The notes under the pieces: model-generated
The model's database searches: none
What the model saw: the letters and a program-made list of their open reading frames with translations, nothing else
Told to the model about the DNA's origin: nothing
Part shown: positions 1-7,607 of the stretch, in pieces
Layout: each line of letters starts with the position of its first letter
How positions within the stretch are numbered: the stretch's first letter is position 1
Assembly (NCBI GenBank): GCA_021824345.1
Contig: JAKAKW010000003.1
Location: 1 to 60,150, forward strand
Source of the DNA: a bacterium
GTDB lineage: Bacteria; Patescibacteriota; Minisyncoccia; Phycocordibacterales; UBA9973
Direction of reading: 5' to 3'
DNA: 60,150 nucleotides
Translations under genes and position numbers: made by a program

Positions 1-200
1 TCGGCGCGCGCAAAATAATAAATTGCGAAGAAAACTTTTTTGCGGGACAGCGAGCGAAGCGAGCGGCGGCGGGGCGGAGCGTCAATTTCGTTCAAAGAAA
101 TCTCGCGCAAAGTTTAGAATATCCCACTGCCATAATCTATCCTGTGGACAAAATTCTTTCGCCCGGCGGGCATTTATGGAATAATGAAAGGATGCGGGGA

Positions 201-1271
201 ATGAAAAATCTCATAGCCGGAATTTCAGCCGCGGCGCTTTCGGCGCTTACACCGTTCGCGGCTTCCGCCCACGAAGTGTATGTGCTCAATTCGAATCAGA
301 TTTCCCAGGCTGTAGATTCTTCTTCCTTCAATCTGCTGGACGTAATTTCCCGCAATCTCGGCAGGTTTGAATTCTGGGCGCTTATCGGCATCATTTTGGT
401 TTTCTGCATCTTCTTTATCTCCACTTCGCGATATCTGGAGCGCAAGCTGGATCCGTTTCTTGAGAAAATCAGAAAATACGGGCCGTTCATCGCGCGCTTC
501 ACTATCGGCATTTCTTTCATTGCCTGCGCGTATTACGGAGCCACATTCGGTCCCGAGCTTCCGCTTTCTTCAACTTTCGGCGTCTTTTCCGGATTGCTCG
601 TATGGGTATTCTTGATTCTGGGAGCGCTATCCATCCTGGGCCTATATGCCCGCCCCGCCGCATTTGCCGCTCTGGTAATTTTCATCTGCACCATAGCCTC
701 GCACGGCGCATACATGCTCACTTACGCAAACTATCTCGGGGAGATAATAGTATTGCTCATCCTCGGAGCGCACAGCTTGAGTTTGGATTCATATATTGCC
801 AAGAGGCGCGAATTGTCGGGAAAGACAAGGCCGGCGCCATACCGCGGCCGGCTTTCGCAATTAAGGGAATATCTGGCCCCGAGAAGCTTTTCCATCCTGC
901 GGGTTCTTTTCGGGGTCGCCCTCATCTTTGCTTCCGCTTACGCCAAGATCATCCACAACAATCTGGCGCTCTTTACCGTGGAGCAGTATCATTTGGACAA
1001 ACTGCTGGGTTTTGAGGCGCATTTCCTGGTGCTCGGAGCGGCCATCGTGGAAATTCTTATCGGCCTTTTCTTCATTCTCGGATTTGAAATACGCTTTACC
1101 GCTTTCTTCCTTTTGTTCTGGCTGACCGTTTCCCTCATTTTCTTCGGCGAGATCGTATGGCCGCACCTCATATTGATCGGCATACCGATCGCCTATATTT
1201 TCTACGGCTACGACAAATATTCACTGGAGATGCGCTTGGCGGGAAAAAAAGGATATCAGCCCGTGCTATAA
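201..1271 (+). CDS. Multi-pass membrane protein with two DoxX-like halves
   Basis: Signal-like N-terminus and many TM helices; two DoxX-like segments (RFTIG...LGLYARPAA; RVLFG...EILIGLFFILGFEIR). Start taken at ATG 201. Confidence 0.6.
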   Translation: MKNLIAGISAAALSALTPFAASAHEVYVLNSNQISQAVDSSSFNLLDVISRNLGRFEFWALIGIILVFCIFFISTSRYLERKLDPFLEKIRKYGPFIARFTIGISFIACAYYGATFGPELPLSSTFGVFSGLLVWVFLILGALSILGLYARPAAFAALVIFICTIASHGAYMLTYANYLGEIIVLLILGAHSLSLDSYIAKRRELSGKTRPAPYRGRLSQLREYLAPRSFSILRVLFGVALIFASAYAKIIHNNLALFTVEQYHLDKLLGFEAHFLVLGAAIVEILIGLFFILGFEIRFTAFFLLFWLTVSLIFFGEIVWPHLILIGIPIAYIFYGYDKYSLEMRLAGKKGYQPVL

Positions 1272-1278
1272 TACAAAG

Positions 1279-1818
1279 ATGCAAATAGAAATACCCGAAC
1301 CGAAGGTTTCCCGCGTAATCTTCGCCGACACGCGCCTGGCCTGGCTGTGGCTCATTGTGCGCCTTTTTGTCGGCTGGCAGTGGTTCTCCGCAGGATTGGA
1401 AAAAGTGCAAAGTTCCGCGTGGGTCGGAAGTTCCGCCGGTTCCGCCCTGAAAGGATTCCTTTCCGGCTCTTTGGCCAAAACAGCCGGTGCGCACCCGGAT
1501 GTGCAGGGATGGTACGCTTCATATCTTCAAGGATTCGTGATTCCGCATGCCGCGGTATTCTCCAACATCGTGGCTTTCGGCGAACTTCTGGTGGGCATCG
1601 CCCTTGTCATCGGCGCCTTTACCGGCGTAGCCGCTTTTTTCGGGATTTTCATGAACGCGAGCTACTTGTTCGCCGGAACGGTCAGCACCAATCCGATCCT
1701 TCTGCTTCTCGGGATCTTCCTGCTCTTGGCGTGGAGAGTGGCGGGCTGGTACGGGGCGGACAAATATCTCCTTCCGCTCATAGGCACGCCCTGGCAAAAA
1801 GGCAAGGCATTCCAATAA
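1279..1818 (+). CDS. DoxX / TQO small subunit DoxD-family membrane protein
   Basis: RLFVGWQWFSAGLEKV and GELLVGIALVIG are typical of DoxX/DoxD. Confidence 0.8.
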   Translation: MQIEIPEPKVSRVIFADTRLAWLWLIVRLFVGWQWFSAGLEKVQSSAWVGSSAGSALKGFLSGSLAKTAGAHPDVQGWYASYLQGFVIPHAAVFSNIVAFGELLVGIALVIGAFTGVAAFFGIFMNASYLFAGTVSTNPILLLLGIFLLLAWRVAGWYGADKYLLPLIGTPWQKGKAFQ

Positions 1819-1825
1819 TCGCCGG

Positions 1826-1996
1826 CTACAACCGCTTGCTTAATTTATATCCGTAATATATTCCCGCCACCGCCCCGATTCCGCTGGTGATAAATCCGGC
1901 AAAAGAGAACGCGCCTCCGCCCCAGATGAGGGGAATGAATCCGCCGACAGTAGAACCGACAATCATTCCGATCCAAACGAAAGCTTTTGAGTTCAT
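1826..1996 (-). CDS. Small Gly-rich two-TM membrane protein
   Basis: 56-aa hydrophobic ORF MNSKAFVWIG..., filling the gap between genes. Confidence 0.55.
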   Translation of the reverse strand: MNSKAFVWIGMIVGSTVGGFIPLIWGGGAFSFAGFITSGIGAVAGIYYGYKLSKRL

Positions 1997-2019
1997 TATC
2001 GTTTGATTGTAACACAAAA

Positions 2020-2047
2020 GGCCGCCCCGGCCCAGGCCGGGGCGGCC
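2020..2047 (-). terminator. Intrinsic terminator after the VIT1 gene
   Basis: Perfect 13-bp GC stem GGCCGCCCCGGCC/GGCCGGGGCGGCC, followed by a U-run on the minus strand. Confidence 0.7.
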
Positions 2048-2059
2048 GCTTTCTCTATC

Positions 2060-2572
2060 TTAAATCTTCGGTACAAGTATCCCCGCCAAGAACCCGACTC
2101 CGATAGCCATTCCTCCGATCAGCGCCATTCTCAATCCGTTCTTAAGGATGCTTACTCCCGATATCTTTGCTCCGATTATGCCGAGAATAAACAGGGCGAT
2201 TATGGAAAAAATTATGGAAACGATCAGCGCCGTGCCGACCGGCCAGACCAGATAGGGGAACAGGGGAACAAACCCGGAAACGAAATATGAAAAAAACATG
2301 ATTGTTCCCGCCACCAGATTTTTGCGCACAGTTGCTCCTTCCTTTTTTGCAAATCTTTCAGCGGAAGATTCAGACAGGAAACTGCCTGCGCCCATGGAAA
2401 AGGCCTCCACGAAGATGAGCACCACTCCGGTCAGGAAAATGACATTCCGGGGCATATCCGCAATGGCGATGCCCGAAAGCAAGCCCACAGTGGAAACCAG
2501 GCTGTCTTCCACTCCGAATATAAAGTTCCGAAAGTATGATATGGCTTTTGAGCTTTTCTGTTCTTCCTCCAT
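2060..2572 (-). CDS. VIT1/CCC1 family Fe/Mn transporter
   Basis: FGVEDSLVSTVGLLSG and EAFSMGAGSFLSE motifs; start trimmed to MEEEQ. Confidence 0.9.
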   Translation of the reverse strand: MEEEQKSSKAISYFRNFIFGVEDSLVSTVGLLSGIAIADMPRNVIFLTGVVLIFVEAFSMGAGSFLSESSAERFAKKEGATVRKNLVAGTIMFFSYFVSGFVPLFPYLVWPVGTALIVSIIFSIIALFILGIIGAKISGVSILKNGLRMALIGGMAIGVGFLAGILVPKI

Positions 2573-2701
2573 AGTTATATTTAAGCATTTAGAAGGGCTG
2601 GAGTCCATCGGCCGGCGCCCTTTCCTTGTTTTTTGCCTGTTTTTTGATACTATGTTTTTAGTTCTTTTTATTTTTACGCGCGTACTTAGTGCGCGCAATA
2701 T

Positions 2702-3007
2702 TCCGGAGTAGCTCAATGGTAGAGCAATCGACTGTCAAAAGGCAGCTTTTCGGTAAAAGCCGAATTGTCAAACGAGGTGAATTCGGGGAAACCCACAAAG
2801 TAAATTTGGGGGCAATCCCGAGCCAAGCTCTGAATTTTCAGAGAAGGTGTAGAGACTATCCGTCTAGCGGAGTAGTCCGATGCAAATCGGACGAAGCGCC
2901 TCGCTCCTAAATCTCAAAAGAGACATGGAGATGATATAGTCCACGCTCCTAGCAATAGGGGATAAAGTGTAATCGATTGGTTGTAGGTTCGAGTCCTACC
3001 TCCGGAG
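2702..3007 (+). tRNA. tRNA-Asn(GUU), intron-split; exons 2702-2735 and 2970-3007
   Basis: Joined exons give a 72-nt cloverleaf: acceptor TCCGGAG/CTCCGGA, anticodon stem ATCGA/TCGAT, loop CT-GT|T-AA, T-loop TTCGAGT. Confidence 0.95.
2736..2969 (+). ncRNA. Group I self-splicing intron (IC3-like), no ORF
   Basis: P1 CUGU|C-AAAA-GGCAG with U.G at the splice site; P3 2773-2779/2897-2903; P AATTCGGGGAAA, Q AATCCCGAGC, R GTAGAGACTA, S GATATAGTCC; terminal omega-G at 2969. Confidence 0.95.
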
Positions 3008-3096
3008 CAAGCTTGACAAGACAGCCATCTCATTGTTAGAGTGAGAAAAATTGCTCTATAAAACAAATACTACATCAATTATATTTCGGAGGAAGT

Positions 3097-3741
3097 ATGT
3101 CTGGTAATACTAGTGCCAAGATTGAAATGGCCTCTATAAAAGAGGCTCAAAAATACATCAAAGCCATCATTCATAATCGAAGACCAAGAATAGCAGTAGT
3201 GCTTGGTTCTGGTCTTGGTGGCTTAGGGAAAAAACTAAAAAACAAAGTTATTATATCCGGCAGTGGCAAAACCTATTTATCTCAAAGACTGATAAAAAGA
3301 ATCCAGGCAGTTTACATAGATAAGGATAAGATTGATGACGCATTTACGACAAGCCGTATTGGTCACACTTATGAAAAATTCAAGCCGTATGTGCATAAAA
3401 TAATGTATGCGATAGCCTCAATAAATTTGAAATTAGGTAATTCCGTGATACTAGATTCTCCCTTTACCAGAAGGTATATGGGCAATCCGGACTGGATTAA
3501 ATTTATTAATAATTTTGCAAAAAAGCATAAGGCGATAATCAAAGTGCTGTGGTGTGAAGCTCCAAACCATATTAGAAAAAGAAGAATTATAAAGAGAAAT
3601 CACGAAAGAGACAGGGAGAGACACAAAGAGATGGATGAATTCATTGGCAGGGCAAGAAGATTTGATATACCCTTTGAACATAAGTATATTGAAACAAACA
3701 AAGCTGATTGGAAAAACATATTAAATTTTTTAAAAAGATAG
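3097..3741 (+). CDS. Chimeric ORF: PNP N-terminal fragment joined to an AAA_33-like P-loop kinase domain (possible pseudogene)
   Basis: IAVVLGSGLGGL (PNP motif) followed by a truncated Walker A IISGSGKT, then VILDSPF and the AAA_33-like lid RKRRIIKRN. Confidence 0.6.
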   Translation: MSGNTSAKIEMASIKEAQKYIKAIIHNRRPRIAVVLGSGLGGLGKKLKNKVIISGSGKTYLSQRLIKRIQAVYIDKDKIDDAFTTSRIGHTYEKFKPYVHKIMYAIASINLKLGNSVILDSPFTRRYMGNPDWIKFINNFAKKHKAIIKVLWCEAPNHIRKRRIIKRNHERDRERHKEMDEFIGRARRFDIPFEHKYIETNKADWKNILNFLKR

Positions 3742-3769
3742 CCGGTAAGATTTTTCTTTCAAGATAGCG

Positions 3770-3795
3770 TTTCGAACATAGTCCCAGGTTCGGAG
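3770..3795 (+). repeat. 26-bp direct repeat, copy 1
   Basis: TTTCGAACATAGTCCCAGGTTCGGAG; 24/26 identical to 4547-4572. Confidence 0.85.
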
Positions 3796-3845
3796 CCAAC
3801 TTGATACATTTTTGAATATTTCCCCATTTTGTATATAATGGCTGT

Positions 3846-4196
3846 ATGGAAACCCGGATCGTCAAAGATCATATAGGTATGGACGAAGTGAAAGCTCTGG
3901 CTCACGAGCAATATCAAGATATCATCAAAGCGGTGGTTGACGTAGAGCAGGAGATTATGGGAATCGGCGGGGAGCTCCATGTGGATATACAGTCGCTCTT
4001 GGTTGAAAAAGAAGGCTCAAAAGGAGCGGATACTTGGGGCATAAACCTGTACTTGGATAAGACCGGAGACGATTTCATTGAATTTGATTCAATGATCAAT
4101 CTGAAGCCGAATTCTGGCAATCGCTCACGGGATGTCGAGGACGAAGAGATAAAGAAGAAGATACGGGAGATTGTCGGCAAGTTGGTAAAAAAATAA
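3846..4196 (+). CDS. DUF5674 family protein
   Basis: KAVVDVE..IMGIGGELHVD, WGINLY and IEFDSMINLKP...NRSRDVED recognised. Confidence 0.85.
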   Translation: METRIVKDHIGMDEVKALAHEQYQDIIKAVVDVEQEIMGIGGELHVDIQSLLVEKEGSKGADTWGINLYLDKTGDDFIEFDSMINLKPNSGNRSRDVEDEEIKKKIREIVGKLVKK

Positions 4197-4198
4197 TC

Positions 4199-4519
4199 AT
4201 GGCAAACATATCAGCAGAAAGATGGCATCAATTGTCGCTCGCCGAACAGCTCGGCAATATCGGGAGCGAGGTAGGGCGCGCGGCCAAATGGCAGGGGAAG
4301 GACGAGAACTCTTTCTGGAGCGCTGTATCACGCGCCCTGGAGCTTTTTGACCTTACCCAGAGCGACAGGCGGTGGGGCTCTCGGCGCAAGGAGCTTGACC
4401 GCACCAGAGAAGTTTTCGCGGACGCAGTGCTCGGCGGGAAAGAATACAAAAGCAATCTCGAAGATCTGGAAAAATATTTCATGCCGTTTGCCCTGAGAGC
4501 TATTTCTGAAAGATCTTAA
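4199..4519 (+). CDS. Helical hypothetical protein, partner of DUF5674
   Basis: RWHQLSLAEQLGNIGSEVGRA...ALELFDLT...KELDRTRE; starts 2 nt after the DUF5674 stop. Confidence 0.75.
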   Translation: MANISAERWHQLSLAEQLGNIGSEVGRAAKWQGKDENSFWSAVSRALELFDLTQSDRRWGSRRKELDRTREVFADAVLGGKEYKSNLEDLEKYFMPFALRAISERS

Positions 4520-4546
4520 TTACGCATATATTTTCCCGTTATCTCA

Positions 4547-4572
4547 TTTCGAACATTCTCCCAGGTTCGGAG
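4547..4572 (+). repeat. 26-bp direct repeat, copy 2
   Basis: TTTCGAACATTCTCCCAGGTTCGGAG. Confidence 0.85.
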
Positions 4573-4616
4573 TAAGATATTCTTTTCTCACTTTCTGGTG
4601 TGATACAATCAAATAC

Positions 4617-5267
4617 ATGACTATGCTGAATTATGAATCGGTGAAAATAGATGAATCAGGAGAACCACTCGTTGATTTGCAACAATATAGTTTCATTCTT
4701 GAACCGGCATATTTTAAACAGGGATTATCCCGCGATCCTGATATGTTTTTAAGAAAATCTGTTGCGGATAAATTATCAGAAATTCAAAGACATCTCTCTC
4801 CTTTCAGATTCAAAATATGGGATGGATTTCGCCCAAGAGAGGTACAACATGCTATTTATGAAAAATTTTTGGGTGAACTGAAGAAGAAACATCCTGAATG
4901 GGATGCGGAAAGGCTTGAAAAAGAAACAGGAGTATTCGTGACAAATGCGAAAAATCCGCAAAGAATTCCGCCTCATGCCACCGGAGGAGCTGTTGACCTA
5001 ACTTTGGCTTATTTTGACGGAAAGGAACTGGATATGGGAACCGGTTTTGATTATTTCGGACCGGAAGCGGCTTCTTTGTATTTTGAGAATAACAAAAAGA
5101 ATCTGACAGTAAGAAAAAATAGAAAGATGTTGAGAGAAGCCATGCAGGCAGGCGGTTTTTCCATAGACAAGGAAGAATGGTGGCATTTTGATTTTGGAAA
5201 TCAAAAATGGGCTCTTGCGTTAAACAAGCAGAATGCCTTCTACGGGGAAATAAGGGATAACGAATAA
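4617..5267 (+). CDS. M15D D-Ala-D-Ala dipeptidase (VanX/DdpX-like)
   Basis: IWDGFRP, PHATGGAVDLTL and EEWWHFD zinc motifs. Confidence 0.9.
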   Translation: MTMLNYESVKIDESGEPLVDLQQYSFILEPAYFKQGLSRDPDMFLRKSVADKLSEIQRHLSPFRFKIWDGFRPREVQHAIYEKFLGELKKKHPEWDAERLEKETGVFVTNAKNPQRIPPHATGGAVDLTLAYFDGKELDMGTGFDYFGPEAASLYFENNKKNLTVRKNRKMLREAMQAGGFSIDKEEWWHFDFGNQKWALALNKQNAFYGEIRDNE

Positions 5268-5388
5268 ACTACCTTGACACCAATTCTGCGAGTGAGGCAT
5301 AATTAGGGTATAAATAGGCTATTCGCTCGCAGTAATCGTGGGTTGGAAAGGGACATTCATTTTATTATAAAAAAATAATGCAAAATCT

Positions 5389-5823
5389 ATGGAAAAACCG
5401 CCTGAAATTATCGGACCGGAAGGCGAGCTGGCGAAGGAAGCCAAACGCTATGGTTTGAGTTTGGAAATTTTCCGTTATTACGAAGGAGTAACTGCGTGCA
5501 CAATTACGTCCGGGTTTGACAGCATGCCGGTTGAAGAAAAAAAGAAAGCACCCGCCGAAATTGCGCGCATTGCCTCAAAAATCAAAGATCTGTTTTCGGA
5601 AAAAATAAAACAAGAAAATCTTCATTTGCGTTTGGACGGAGGAAAGAAATTCATCGCATATTCCAGCCCCGGAGGGGATAAAAGCGGTCCGGCCATAAGA
5701 TTTTATTTGGAAAATTTTGCGAATGGAAAAGAAAGCGAAAAAGACAGCTCAAAGGAAGAATTGGATAAAATCATAAAATATGCCAAATCGCTGGGTTTGA
5801 GAGTTGAGGGGGATTGGAACTAA
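5389..5823 (+). CDS. Hypothetical protein
   Basis: 144-aa ORF downstream of a TTGACA...CATAAT promoter; no motif recognised. Confidence 0.6.
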   Translation: MEKPPEIIGPEGELAKEAKRYGLSLEIFRYYEGVTACTITSGFDSMPVEEKKKAPAEIARIASKIKDLFSEKIKQENLHLRLDGGKKFIAYSSPGGDKSGPAIRFYLENFANGKESEKDSSKEELDKIIKYAKSLGLRVEGDWN

Positions 5824-7295
5824 AATCCAAGTATTGCGCTTGCGGCCATTTTCAGCTGGTCGAACAGCATGCTGGTGGGGGATGTTTGCGTGGTCGGGGC
5901 GGGAGCTGGCGCAGGAGCCTGTTGAGGCATTGGCGCTCCTTGCTGAATCGGTTGCCCGGGCTGTCCATTGGGCGGAGGCGGCAGTTGTTGCCCGGGTTGC
6001 CCGTTCGGTGGCGGCATCTGTTGTCCAGGCTGGCCGTTAGGCGGAGGCAACATTCCCGGCTGTCCGTTTTGCGGACCTTGTTGCGGTCCATACTGGCCCG
6101 GTTGCCCGTTCTGCGGTCCTTGATTGGGCCCGAATTGTCCCGGCTGTCCATTTTGCTGTCCGTTCGGTCCTTGTGGCATCATCTGTCCCGGCTGGCCGGA
6201 TCCGTTTTGCGGCCGGGGAGGCATAAAATTCTTGCATTCATCGGGGTGGCTGGAGCAGTAAGTATTGCACTCTTCCGGAGTCTTGCATCCTCCCGGCCCG
6301 ACGAAATTACCGCCCGGCTGTCCATTCTGCGGTCCCTGGCCTTGTCCCGGTCCAAATTGTCCGGGCTGGCCACCTTGACCGGGGCCGAATTGTCCCGGCT
6401 GTCCATTTTGCGAGCCCTGTCCCTGTATTTGCTGCGGAGGAAATTGCTCAAAGCATTTCTGCATTTTGTCTCCGTTATCTTTAGTGGGCGAAACATTGCT
6501 TAAATCACTGCCGAACGCGGCCACTAAACAATCCTTCAATTTCCCGGTGGCGTTTAGCAAGCCTTGCTTGAATTGTTGCTGTCCCTCCTGCATTTTCTGC
6601 AAATCCGCTTGGCTCATAAACCCCGCCGCCACGGCGAACTTGGTGCATTCATCCTGGTGGGCAGGATCCGAACAATATTTGTCGCAAGCATCTTTTCCCT
6701 GGCAGGACGGGGGATTCACCCCGGCCTTAATGGCTTTTAGCATTCCTTCCGCGTTTGTTTTTTCCTGTCCGGTTATCAGGCCGGCCGCAAGAGCGAAAGT
6801 GGTGCATTCCTCCATATGAGCCGGCTGGCTGCAATATACATTGCATTCTTCTTTGTTCTTGCAGTTCGGCGGCTGCACTCCCCGCTTCAAAGCGTTCGCA
6901 ATTTTTTCCGCCTGGGCCAGGTCCTGCGGGGGCATGAGATTGTTTGCTTTGGCGAAAGTGACGCATTCTTCAATGTGGCTTATGTCGTTGCAGTATGCCT
7001 GGCACTGATCCTTGCTGGTGCATCCCCCGGGGCCGTTTAGCTGTCCGCTGGTGAGTTTCTTGGCCGTAGCCACTTCTTGCTGAGTCATCAAGCCGTTCTT
7101 TTGGGCGAAGTCCAAGCACGCGCCGGCGTGCGCCGGATCGTCGCAATATGTTTTGCAGGCGGATTGGCTCGCGCAATTTCCCAATTCCGCCACCGGGTAC
7201 TGCACGTTTGAAGTTTGGGCCAAGGCCATATTTGCGGCCAGGCCGAGAACCAACAGCGCCATGCCGATTCCTGCGAATTTGAAATATTTTTTCAT
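5820..7295 (-). CDS. Secreted Cys-repeat protein with Gln/Pro/Gly-rich tail
   Basis: Signal peptide; five C-x5-C-x2-Y-C-x6/8-C repeats; many NGQPGQ repeats. Confidence 0.85.
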   Translation of the reverse strand: MKKYFKFAGIGMALLVLGLAANMALAQTSNVQYPVAELGNCASQSACKTYCDDPAHAGACLDFAQKNGLMTQQEVATAKKLTSGQLNGPGGCTSKDQCQAYCNDISHIEECVTFAKANNLMPPQDLAQAEKIANALKRGVQPPNCKNKEECNVYCSQPAHMEECTTFALAAGLITGQEKTNAEGMLKAIKAGVNPPSCQGKDACDKYCSDPAHQDECTKFAVAAGFMSQADLQKMQEGQQQFKQGLLNATGKLKDCLVAAFGSDLSNVSPTKDNGDKMQKCFEQFPPQQIQGQGSQNGQPGQFGPGQGGQPGQFGPGQGQGPQNGQPGGNFVGPGGCKTPEECNTYCSSHPDECKNFMPPRPQNGSGQPGQMMPQGPNGQQNGQPGQFGPNQGPQNGQPGQYGPQQGPQNGQPGMLPPPNGQPGQQMPPPNGQPGQQLPPPPNGQPGQPIQQGAPMPQQAPAPAPAPTTQTSPTSMLFDQLKMAASAILGF

Positions 7296-7299
7296 AAGA

Positions 7300-7509
7300 T
7301 TATTGGAAAGGATTAGTCTTTATGTTGTTAAAAGGATTCGCTTTGTCCACCGGGTTCAAGTCCGGCGCTTTTTGCAAAGGATTTGCTCCGACGCTCACCG
7401 CGGGAGCTGTTGTGACGCTTTGTTGCTCTATTTTTTTTGAAGAAAAGTAAAGCATTGCCGCGATTACGACTATCGCCGCAACGGCTATTATTATGATTTT
7501 TTTGTTCAT
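7300..7509 (-). CDS. Small membrane-anchored protein with NP/NPF repeats
   Basis: N-terminal TM; C-terminus ANPL...LNPV..ANPF...TNPF. Confidence 0.7.
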   Translation of the reverse strand: MNKKIIIIAVAAIVVIAAMLYFSSKKIEQQSVTTAPAVSVGANPLQKAPDLNPVDKANPFNNIKTNPFQ

Positions 7510-7607
7510 CTATGAATTATATTATTATTTTCCGAGACAGGGTGTGGATAACCGGCCTGTTTTAGCCAAAAGAAAGACAAAACGGGAATTAAGCGTATAA
7601 TGGGCAG

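Noticed and set aside
3770-4572. Integron attC sites
   Set aside because: Too short, the ends do not fit RYYYAAC/GTTRRRY, and there is no integron integrase.
5850-6430. DNA tandem-repeat array or DGR variable region
   Set aside because: The repeats are explained by the GQPGQ-coding tail; there is no reverse transcriptase and no A-specific TR/VR pair.
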